Shown in pieces: positions 56,727-64,000 of a DNA stretch of 64,000 bases. The DNA lies in assembly GCA_963743915.1 (NCBI GenBank), contig CAVURN010000003.1:320001-384000 (forward strand). Direction: 5' to 3'. How positions within the stretch are numbered: position 1 is the first letter of the stretch; each line of letters opens with the position of its first letter. Below the pieces are notes generated by a model. The model was not told the origin of the DNA. It made no database searches and saw only the letters and a program-made list of their open reading frames with translations. Made by a program: the position numbers and the translations under genes. The DNA is from an uncultured Actinomycetota bacterium (lineage in GTDB: Bacteria > Actinomycetota > Actinomycetes > JAHEKZ01).

Positions 56727-57512
56727 ATGCGCATCGCCACCTGGAACGTGAACTCGGTCACCGCGCGACTTCCGCGCGTCGTCGACTGGCTCCAGCAGAC
56801 CGGCACCGACGTGCTGTGCCTGCAGGAGACCAAGGTCGCCGACACCGCCTTCCCTGCGCTCCCCCTCGAGGAGATCGGCTACGAGACGGCGCACTTCGGG
56901 CAGGGCCGCTGGAACGGCGTCGCGGTCGTCTCGCGGGTGGGGATCGCCGACGTGGAGCACGGCTTCACCGACTGTCCGGGCTTCCCGGAACCGGCAGACG
57001 TCGAGGCGCGAGCCATCGGCGCGACGTGCGGCGGCGTCCGGGTGTGGTCGTTCTACGTGCCCAACGGACGCACCCCCGAGGACCCGCACTACGCGTACAA
57101 GCTCTCCTGGCTGGCAGCTGCGCGTGAGCACCTTGCGAACCAGGTCGCAGGCCCGACCCCCTTGGCCGTCATGGGCGATTTCAACATCGCCCCCACCGAC
57201 GCGGACGTGTGGGACCCGGCGGCCTTCGTCGGCGCGACCCACGTCACCCCTCCGGAACGGGAGGCCTACGCGGCCCTGCTCACCCTGGGGCTCACCGACG
57301 TGTTCCCCAGGGCGCTCAAGGGCGACCACCCCTTCACCTACTGGGACTACCGGGACGGCGCGTTCCACCGCGGCATGGGGATGCGCATCGACTTCGTCCT
57401 CGCGAACGCCGCGTTGCAGGCGGCGGTGAAGGACGCCTACGTCGACCGTGAGGCGCGGAAGGGCAAGGGCCCCAGCGACCACGCGCCGATCGTGGTCGAC
57501 GCCGACCTCTGA
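56727..57512 (+). CDS. xth: Exodeoxyribonuclease III
   Basis: ATWNVNS, LQETK, YVPNG, GDFNIAP, RID, SDHAP. Confidence 0.96.
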   Translation: MRIATWNVNSVTARLPRVVDWLQQTGTDVLCLQETKVADTAFPALPLEEIGYETAHFGQGRWNGVAVVSRVGIADVEHGFTDCPGFPEPADVEARAIGATCGGVRVWSFYVPNGRTPEDPHYAYKLSWLAAAREHLANQVAGPTPLAVMGDFNIAPTDADVWDPAAFVGATHVTPPEREAYAALLTLGLTDVFPRALKGDHPFTYWDYRDGAFHRGMGMRIDFVLANAALQAAVKDAYVDREARKGKGPSDHAPIVVDADL

Positions 57513-57745
57513 GGGCGCTGTCCTCCACACTCGGCGTCCAGGAAGCACCTCCAAGGGGACAGTCGGCGGGTTCGGGGGCCAGCGGCAGGCCGTCCACAGG
57601 GGGCTCGAGGGTCCGCCGTCCACCGGCGATTTCGTGTCCAGCACCCGCGCCGGGTACTCTCGGCAGGCTGGTTCCGGGCCTGCGCGGCTCGGTTCCCGCC
57701 GAAAGGGCGTCCACCGGCACCCGCCACCGGACGTCGCACGCATCG

Positions 57746-57791
57746 CCCTCCTGTCACGGAACGTCCGTGACCGCCTGAGTCCAGAGGAGGT
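57746..57791 (+). ncRNA. Probable S6:S18 ribosomal protein leader
   Basis: CCTCCT pairs with the SD AGGAGG; inner stem GTCACGGA/TCCGTGAC followed by CCG; directly before rpsF. Confidence 0.7.
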
Positions 57792-57800
57792 GGAGAACGC

Positions 57801-58091
57801 ATGCGTCAGTACGAGCTCATGGTCATTCTCGACCCCGAACTCGAAGAGCGCACCGTCGCTCCCTCGCTCGACCAGTTCATGAACGTCATCCGCAAGGACG
57901 GCGGCACGGTGGACAAGGTCGACATCTGGGGACGCCGCCGGCTCGCCCACGAGATCGACAAGAAGAGCGAAGGCATCTACGCCGTCATCGACATGCAGGC
58001 CCAGCCGGACACGGTCAAGGAGCTCGACCGTCAGCTGAACCTGACCGAGGCGGTCCTGCGGACCAAGGTCGTCCGCAAGGACGGGAAGTAG
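57801..58091 (+). CDS. rpsF: 30S ribosomal protein S6
   Basis: [20 protein letters not shown]. Confidence 0.98.
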   Translation: MRQYELMVILDPELEERTVAPSLDQFMNVIRKDGGTVDKVDIWGRRRLAHEIDKKSEGIYAVIDMQAQPDTVKELDRQLNLTEAVLRTKVVRKDGK

Positions 58092-58098
58092 GTCTGCC

Positions 58099-58566
58099 AT
58101 GGCTGGAGACACCGTCATCACCGTCGTCGGCAACCTGACCGACGACCCCGAGCTGCGCTTCACCGCGTCCGGTGCCGCCGTCGCCAACTTCACCGTGGCG
58201 TCGACGCCCCGCTTCTTCGACAAGAACACCAACGACTGGAAGGACGGAGACGCGCTCTTCCTGCGCTGCTCCATCTGGCGTCAGGCCGCCGAGAACGTCG
58301 CGGAGTCCCTCACCAAGGGCGCTCGCGTGGTCGTCCAGGGACGCCTGAAGCAGCGGTCGTACGAGACCCGCGAGGGCGAGAAGCGCACCGTGTACGAGCT
58401 CGACGTCGACGAGGTCGGCCCGTCGCTGCGCTACGCCACCGCCAAGGTCACCAAGGTCACCCGCAGCGGCGGGGGCGGCGGCTTCGGGGGCGGCGCGCCC
58501 GCGGCGGCACCCGCTGACGACCCGTGGGCCGCCGCAGCACCGGTCGACGAAGAGCCGCCGTTCTGA
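58099..58566 (+). CDS. ssb: Single-stranded DNA-binding protein
   Basis: [12 protein letters not shown]; C-terminal DEEPPF. Confidence 0.98.
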   Translation: MAGDTVITVVGNLTDDPELRFTASGAAVANFTVASTPRFFDKNTNDWKDGDALFLRCSIWRQAAENVAESLTKGARVVVQGRLKQRSYETREGEKRTVYELDVDEVGPSLRYATAKVTKVTRSGGGGGFGGGAPAAAPADDPWAAAAPVDEEPPF

Positions 58567-58630
58567 CGGCACCGAGACCCATCCGACCCATCCCCGCCCC
58601 GGCGGGGCCCTGAGCACCAGGAGCACCACG

Positions 58631-58867
58631 ATGGCCAAGCCCCCCCTGCGCAAGCCGAAGAAGAAGGTTTGCCAGTTCTGCAAGAAGAACGCCCCGGTGA
58701 TCGACTACAAGGACACCACCTTGCTGCGCAAGTTCGTGTCCGACCGCGGCAAGATCCGCGCCCGTCGGGTCACCGGCAACTGCACCCAGCACCAGCGTGA
58801 CATCGCGATGGCAGTCAAGAACTCCCGCGAGATGGCGCTGCTGCCGTACTCCGCTTCGGCGCGCTAG
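58631..58867 (+). CDS. rpsR: 30S ribosomal protein S18 (Zn-binding C+ form)
   Basis: [25 protein letters not shown]. Confidence 0.98.
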   Translation: MAKPPLRKPKKKVCQFCKKNAPVIDYKDTTLLRKFVSDRGKIRARRVTGNCTQHQRDIAMAVKNSREMALLPYSASAR

Positions 58868-58881
58868 GAAGAGGTCACGAG

Positions 58882-59334
58882 ATGAAGCTCATCCTCACCC
58901 ACGAGGTCACTGGCCTCGGCGCCCCCGGCGACATCGTCGAGGTCAAGGACGGCTACGGCCGCAACTTCCTGCTGCCCCGCGGCATGGCGCTGCCGTGGAC
59001 GCGTGGCGGCGAGAAGCAGATCACCACGATCAAGCGCGCCAGGGACGCCCGTGCGATCAGCGACCTCGGTCACGCGAACGAGGTCAAGGCACAGCTGGCC
59101 AGCCTCGACGTCACCCTCGAGGTCCGTGCCGGTGACACCGGTCGCCTGTTCGGCGCGGTGACCGCGTCGGACATCGTGGACGCGGTGTCCGCGGCCGGCG
59201 GCCCCGCGCTCGACAAGCGCTCGGTCCAGGTGCCCGCCCCGATCAAGACGATCGGCTCTCACACCGTCACCGTCGCGCTGCACCCCGAGGTCGACGCGAC
59301 CGTCGAGGTGGACGTCGTCCCCGCATCCTCCTGA
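58882..59334 (+). CDS. rplI: 50S ribosomal protein L9
   Basis: [20 protein letters not shown]. Confidence 0.98.
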   Translation: MKLILTHEVTGLGAPGDIVEVKDGYGRNFLLPRGMALPWTRGGEKQITTIKRARDARAISDLGHANEVKAQLASLDVTLEVRAGDTGRLFGAVTASDIVDAVSAAGGPALDKRSVQVPAPIKTIGSHTVTVALHPEVDATVEVDVVPASS

Positions 59335-59344
59335 CGCGGAACCC

Positions 59345-59380
59345 GTGAGCGGAGCGCCTCCCAGAGGGCGTCCGTCTCAC
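59345..59380 (+). terminator. Possible stem-loop terminator after rplI
   Basis: Imperfect hairpin GTGAG-CGGAGCGCC...GGCGTCCG-T-CTCAC; no U-tract. Confidence 0.4.
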
Positions 59381-59404
59381 GCGCTGTCTGCCTAGGATCG
59401 ACCG

Positions 59405-60673
59405 ATGGCGACCTCGCGGCTCTCGCCGATGTCGCGTCTGGCGCTGCTCGCCGGTCGCGCGGCCTCGACGCTCTCGCGCCGGCTCGGTCGAGGGCGCGGT
59501 GCCCAGGTCGGCGGCAAGGTGGCGTACCGGCTCTGGCCGCGCACTCTCGACGACCTCGCGTCCGGTCGTACGACGCTCCTGGTGTCGGCGACGAACGGCA
59601 AGAGCACCACGGCGACGCTCGCTGCTGCCGCCGTGCGCACCCTCGGCCCCACCGCTTTCAACGCGACCGGGGCCAACATGGAGGAGGGACTGGTCGTCGC
59701 GCTCGACACCGACCGCGCTGCTCCCTACGCCGTGCTCGAGACCGACGAGGCCTACCTTGACGTCGTCATGCGCGCGACGCGCCCGCGCGTCGTCACCTTG
59801 ATGAACCTCAGTCGCGACTTCCTCGAGCGTGGCGTGCGGGCCAAGCGGTTGGCCGCCCTCTGGCGCTCCACGCTGGCCACCGTCGACTGGCCGTGCACGG
59901 TGGTGGCCGACGCCGACGACGCGCTCGTCGCGTGGGCGGTGCGCGGGCATCCCGACGTCGTGTGGGTCTCCGGCGAGGACGCCTTCGTCGACGACGCCAT
60001 GATCTGTCGCGACTGCTTCGTCCGGCTCGACCGTGGTGGCGCCCACCAGTGGCGCTGCCCCTCCTGCGGGTTCGGGCGCCCCGAGCCGCAGTGGGTCTGG
60101 CGGGAAGGTGCAGCCGAGGGTCCGGAGGGCCGGGTCGAGGTGCCCACGGTGCTTCCCGGCCATGCCGCCACGGTGAACGTGCTCTTCGCGCTGGCCTCCG
60201 CCGTGGCGATGGGAGCTTCCCCCGATCGGGCGGCGGCGGAGATCGCGCGCGTCGAGAACGTGGACGGCCGGTACGCGCCGCACCGCTACGGCGAGCACGA
60301 GATCCGCGTGCTGCTGGCCAAGAACCCGGCGAGCTGGACGGAGTCGATCGAGACTCTGGCCACCGCGCATGCGGACGACCCGGGTCGTTCCATCGTGCTG
60401 ATGATGGGTGCGCGCGGAGCCGGTGGCGGGCAGGACACCGCGATGCTCTGGGACGCCCCGTTCGAACGGCTCGCCGGCGTACCGGTGACCACGACGGGGT
60501 CGCGCGGCGACGAGCTCGCCCTGCGTCTCGCGGTGGCCGGTGTCGACGTGCGGCGCACGGAGTCCGGGGACCTGATGGAGGCGGTCGAGAGGCAGCCACC
60601 GGGAGCGGTCGACGTGGTCGCGAACTGGCCGGCCTTCAACGCGCTGCTGGACCGGGTGGGTCGCGGCACATGA
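59405..60673 (+). CDS. murT: MurT-like Mur ligase (DUF1727), divergent
   Basis: TNGKSTT, GANM, ETDE, NLSRD, CxxC..CxxC finger, LAKNP, MLWD. Confidence 0.85.
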   Translation: MATSRLSPMSRLALLAGRAASTLSRRLGRGRGAQVGGKVAYRLWPRTLDDLASGRTTLLVSATNGKSTTATLAAAAVRTLGPTAFNATGANMEEGLVVALDTDRAAPYAVLETDEAYLDVVMRATRPRVVTLMNLSRDFLERGVRAKRLAALWRSTLATVDWPCTVVADADDALVAWAVRGHPDVVWVSGEDAFVDDAMICRDCFVRLDRGGAHQWRCPSCGFGRPEPQWVWREGAAEGPEGRVEVPTVLPGHAATVNVLFALASAVAMGASPDRAAAEIARVENVDGRYAPHRYGEHEIRVLLAKNPASWTESIETLATAHADDPGRSIVLMMGARGAGGGQDTAMLWDAPFERLAGVPVTTTGSRGDELALRLAVAGVDVRRTESGDLMEAVERQPPGAVDVVANWPAFNALLDRVGRGT

Positions 60674-61383
60674 AGGGGCAGCTGGTCGTCGTCGACCTCT
60701 ATCCGTCACTGCTGCAGCCCGAGGGTGACCGCGGCAATGCGGTGCTGCTCGCTCACCGCGCGCGCTGCTTCGGTGTGGAGGCGACAGCGACCGTGGTGCA
60801 TCCGGGAGACCCACTCCCGCCGGCGGACATCGTCTGCCTCGGTGGCAGCGAGGACGCGGACCTGGCCGTGGCCGCCGACCGGCTCCGCGCATGTGGGCTG
60901 GTCGAGCTCGTCACCGACGGGGCGGTCGTGTTCGGGGTGGGCGGGGGCTACGCGCTGCTGGGCCATGAGCTCGTCGCTGCGGACGGCTCCCGGCACGAAG
61001 GGCTCGGCCTGCTGGACGTGGTGATGAGCGACACCGGTGCCCTGGTCTCCGGGCCGGTGCTCACCCTGCCGGCACCCGAGCTCGGCCTGGGCCAGGTGAG
61101 CGGCTACGAGTACCACCGGCAGGTCGCCACCCGCGGAGCCGGCGTCGACGCCTGGCTGCCGCTCGAGATCGGCCACGGCGACCATGGATTCGCGGGCAGC
61201 CGCCACCAGTCCGTCGTCGGCTGCTGGATGCACGGACCGGTGCTGCCGAGGAACCCCGACCTCGCCGACCTGCTGCTCCGCTGGGCCGGGGTGGCGGTGG
61301 ATCCGGCGGGCTGCCCCGAGGACGCGATCGCGGCCCACGTCCGGAGCCGCCGGGCCGCCGAGGCTCGCGCCGCGCCACGGTGA
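60670..61383 (+). CDS. gatD: GatD-like glutamine amidotransferase lacking the catalytic Cys
   Basis: LYP..GDRGN, LGGSED, FGVGGGYAL (consensus AVCxGYQ), GLGLLD, HGPVLPRNP; ATGA overlap with murT. Confidence 0.85.
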   Translation: MKGQLVVVDLYPSLLQPEGDRGNAVLLAHRARCFGVEATATVVHPGDPLPPADIVCLGGSEDADLAVAADRLRACGLVELVTDGAVVFGVGGGYALLGHELVAADGSRHEGLGLLDVVMSDTGALVSGPVLTLPAPELGLGQVSGYEYHRQVATRGAGVDAWLPLEIGHGDHGFAGSRHQSVVGCWMHGPVLPRNPDLADLLLRWAGVAVDPAGCPEDAIAAHVRSRRAAEARAAPR

Positions 61384-61423
61384 CGGTCGGCGTCCAGCAT
61401 GTGAGATGGGACGTGCCGAATGT

Positions 61424-61573
61424 GCGTCCACAGGGGGTGGACGCCGATCCCGCTGGTCAGGCCGCCGGCCGGGGGCTGCGGCGCGCGAATCCCCAGCGGC
61501 GTCCCCAGGCCCCTCCCCGGCCGCAGGGCAGGTTTCCCCAGGGCGCGGACCCTTGTCCCCAGCACTGTCCACA
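61424..61573. promoter_or_regulatory. Degenerate DnaA-box cluster upstream of dnaB
   Basis: GCGTCCACA 61424, GCGTCCCCA 61499, TTGTCCCCA 61553, CTGTCCACA 61565. Confidence 0.5.
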
Positions 61574-61684
61574 GGCCTTCTTGGACCTGTCGGACGCACC
61601 CGGTAGAACCGTCCTGGCAGGTGACCGGTGCCTGCCTGCGCGTCGTCGCTCCGACGCCGCGCCCGGTCCGGACTGGAGGCGTGG

Positions 61685-63052
61685 GTGACGGTCACCGAGC
61701 TGCCCGACCGCGGCGAGCGCGACTTCACCGCAGCCTTCGACCGCACCCCTCCGCAAGACCTCGAGGCCGAGCAGAGCGTCCTCGGTGGGATGCTGCTCTC
61801 CAAGGACGCCATCGCCGACGTCGTCGAGACGGTCCGCGGGGCCGACTTCTACAAGCCGGCCCACCAGACGATCTACGAGTCGATCCTCGACCTCTACGGG
61901 CGTGGTGAGCCGGCCGACGCCATCACCGTCTCGGCCGAGCTGGGCAGGCAGGGCGAGCTCGGCCGGGTCGGCGGGGCCCCCTACCTGCACACCTTGATCT
62001 CGTCGGTGCCCACCGCCGCGAATGCCGGGTACTACGCGCGGATCGTCTCCGAGCGCGCGATCATGCGCCGCCTGGTCGAGGCCGGCACCCGGATCACGCA
62101 GATGGGGTACTCCGACACCGGCGAGGTCGACGAGGTCGTCGACCGCGCGCAGGCGGAGATCTACCAGGTCACCGAGCGACGCACGAGCGAGGACTACGCG
62201 CCGCTGGCCGAGATCATGGAAGGCACCCTCGACGAGATCGAGGCCATCGGATCGCGCGGCGGCACCATGGTCGGCGTCCCGACCGGTTTCACCGACCTCG
62301 ACGGCCTCACCAACGGACTGCACCCCGGCCAGCTCGTGGTGGTGGCGGCGCGCCCCGGTCTCGGCAAGTCCACCCTCGCCCTGGACTTCGCGCGCGCCGC
62401 GTCCATCAAGCACGGCCTCACCAGCGTCATCTTCTCCCTGGAGATGACGCGGAACGAGATCACCATGCGGCTGCTCTCCGCCGAGGCGCGGGTCGGCCTG
62501 CACCACATGCGTACCGGCAGCCTCGGCGACGACGACTGGACCAAGCTCGCCCGCAAGATGTCCGAGGTCGCCAGCGCCCCGCTGTTCATCGACGACTCGC
62601 CGAACATGACGATGATGGAGATCCGGGCGAAGTGCCGGCGCCTCAAGCAGCGGCACGACCTCAAGCTCGTCGTGGTCGACTACCTCCAGCTGATGAGCAG
62701 CGGAAAGCGCGTCGAGAGCCGCCAGCAGGAGGTCGCGGAGTTCTCCCGGGCGTTGAAGCTGCTGGCCAAGGAGCTCGAGGTGCCGGTGGTCGCTCTCAGC
62801 CAGCTCAACCGTGGTCCGGAGCAGCGCACCGACAAGAAGCCCATGCTCGCCGACCTCCGCGAGAGCGGTTCGATCGAGCAGGATGCCGACCTCGTCATGC
62901 TGCTCCACCGCGAGGACGCGTACGAGCGCGAGTCGCCGCGTGCGGGTGAGGCCGACTTCATCGTCGCCAAGCACCGCAACGGTCCGACGGCGACGATCAC
63001 CGTCGCCTTCCAGGGCCACTACTCGCGCTTCGTGGACATGGCCCACGGCTAG
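61685..63052 (+). CDS. dnaB: Replicative DNA helicase DnaB (no intein)
   Basis: PPQDLEAEQSVLG, ARPGLGKS, FSLEM, VDYLQL, SQLNR, DLRESGSIEQDAD, KHRNG. Confidence 0.98.
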   Translation: MTVTELPDRGERDFTAAFDRTPPQDLEAEQSVLGGMLLSKDAIADVVETVRGADFYKPAHQTIYESILDLYGRGEPADAITVSAELGRQGELGRVGGAPYLHTLISSVPTAANAGYYARIVSERAIMRRLVEAGTRITQMGYSDTGEVDEVVDRAQAEIYQVTERRTSEDYAPLAEIMEGTLDEIEAIGSRGGTMVGVPTGFTDLDGLTNGLHPGQLVVVAARPGLGKSTLALDFARAASIKHGLTSVIFSLEMTRNEITMRLLSAEARVGLHHMRTGSLGDDDWTKLARKMSEVASAPLFIDDSPNMTMMEIRAKCRRLKQRHDLKLVVVDYLQLMSSGKRVESRQQEVAEFSRALKLLAKELEVPVVALSQLNRGPEQRTDKKPMLADLRESGSIEQDADLVMLLHREDAYERESPRAGEADFIVAKHRNGPTATITVAFQGHYSRFVDMAHG

Positions 63053-63063
63053 GCAGGCACGTC

Positions 63064-63492
63064 TCAGTCGTTGATGGCCTCGACGCCTTGCCGCTTCAGC
63101 TCCTCCAGATGGGCACGCATCTGCTCCACCACCTCGGGGGCGTGGGGCGTCCAGTCCACCACCTCGGCGACGACGCGCAGCGGCTCCCGCGTGCGGTACG
63201 AGCGCGTCGGGTTGCCGGGGAACTTCTTGTCCGTCAGGTTGGGGTCGTCCTCGTAGGGGCCGGTCGCCTCGACCTGGTAGATCCTGCCCGGCCCGTCCCC
63301 CACGGCCAGCTCCGCGCCCCAGGTGGCGGCATCCAGGGTCGCGGTCAGGTAGAGGAAGTTCGCCTTCTGTCGCTGACCGAAGTTGGAGCTGTTGCCCACC
63401 TGCAGCAGGTCTCCCGCCTTCAGGTCTGCCTTCGTCCCGTGGAAGAAGGGTCCGGGATCCGGCGGGTTCTTCGGTTCGTTCGGCACGGTCAC
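63064..63492 (-). CDS. arr: NAD(+)-rifampin ADP-ribosyltransferase
   Basis: GPFFHGTKADL, YLTATLDAATWGAELA, EDDPNLTDKKFPGNPTRSYR. Confidence 0.95.
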   Translation of the reverse strand: MTVPNEPKNPPDPGPFFHGTKADLKAGDLLQVGNSSNFGQRQKANFLYLTATLDAATWGAELAVGDGPGRIYQVEATGPYEDDPNLTDKKFPGNPTRSYRTREPLRVVAEVVDWTPHAPEVVEQMRAHLEELKRQGVEAIND

Positions 63493-63575
63493 CCCCTCGA
63501 CTCTCGGCAGACTATCCCGATGACCAGTCCTCAACGGCCGAGGTGGATCCCTCGCCGCCGCGCAACAATGCAGCC

Positions 63576-64000
63576 GTGAGGATCCTGTCGATCGACCAGG
63601 GAACGTCCGGCACCAAGGCGATCGTCGTCGAGGACGACGGGTCGGTCAGTGCGCTCGCCGAAGTCCCTGTCCATCCGCAGTCCCCCACACCGGGCGCGGT
63701 CGAGCAGGATCCGGCCGAGCTGCTCGAATCGGTGCTCTCGTCCGGCCGTCGGGCGCTGGACGACGCGGGCGGGAGCGTTGACGCGGTGGCGCTCGCCAAC
63801 CAGGGCGAGACGGTGCTCACCTGGGACCCGGTCAGCGGACGACCGCTGTCGACTGCTCTGGTCTGGCAGGACAGCAGGGCCCAAGAGGTGTGCGACCGGC
63901 TCAGCGACCATCGTGAGCTGATCCACCAGCGCACCGGGCTCGTCCTGGATCCCTACTTCTCGGCACCGAAGATGGCCTGGCTGCGCCAGCACGGTGCCAC
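63576..64000 (+). CDS. FGGY-family carbohydrate kinase (glycerol kinase-like), truncated by the window end
   Basis: Manual translation: MRILSIDQGTSGTKA..VEQDP..ANQGETV..VWQDSRA..DPYFSAPKM. Confidence 0.9.
   Translation, partial: MRILSIDQGTSGTKAIVVEDDGSVSALAEVPVHPQSPTPGAVEQDPAELLESVLSSGRRALDDAGGSVDAVALANQGETVLTWDPVSGRPLSTALVWQDSRAQEVCDRLSDHRELIHQRTGLVLDPYFSAPKMAWLRQHGA

Noticed and set aside
61685-63052. Possible intein in DnaB (also checked GyrA)
   Set aside because: Normal lengths and contiguous motifs at the usual insertion sites.

Overview
High-GC actinobacterial chromosomal segment spanning the replication origin. Most of it (about 14-63 kb) is the conserved oriC neighbourhood: tRNA-Ala/DLW-39/tRNA-Ile, DUF3566, gyrA, gyrB, dciA, recF, dnaN, oriC, dnaA, rpmH-rnpA-yidD-yidC-jag-rsmG-parA-parB with two parS sites, cwlM, trxAB, sigM/anti-sigma, a pseudokinase, murJ, cca, ino1/PadR, ponA, GT87, alr-like/femX, xth, rpsF-ssb-rpsR-rplI, murT-gatD and dnaB. 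Genes inserted into this core include galK, an orphan chemoreceptor, a pilin-like/NlpC-P60 pair and arr. The first 11.7 kb is an accessory, mostly translationally coupled catabolic operon: PhoX-like, GntR, enolase paralogue, glycerate-2-kinase-like, Pot-like ABC transporter, FAD oxidoreductase and a class-III PLP enzyme. Several of these carry non-canonical active-site residues, so this operon is the best candidate for an undescribed pathway. Other points of note: a GatD lacking its catalytic Cys, TCG repeats where oriC DnaA-trios are expected, a 13-bp-period operator array before PadR-ino1, and a nested inverted-repeat element. Many single-base insertions (gyrB, gyrA, recF, eno, femX, GNAT) are most likely long-read errors. 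No CRISPR, integrase or transposase was seen. All motif comparisons are by eye against remembered family consensus sequences.
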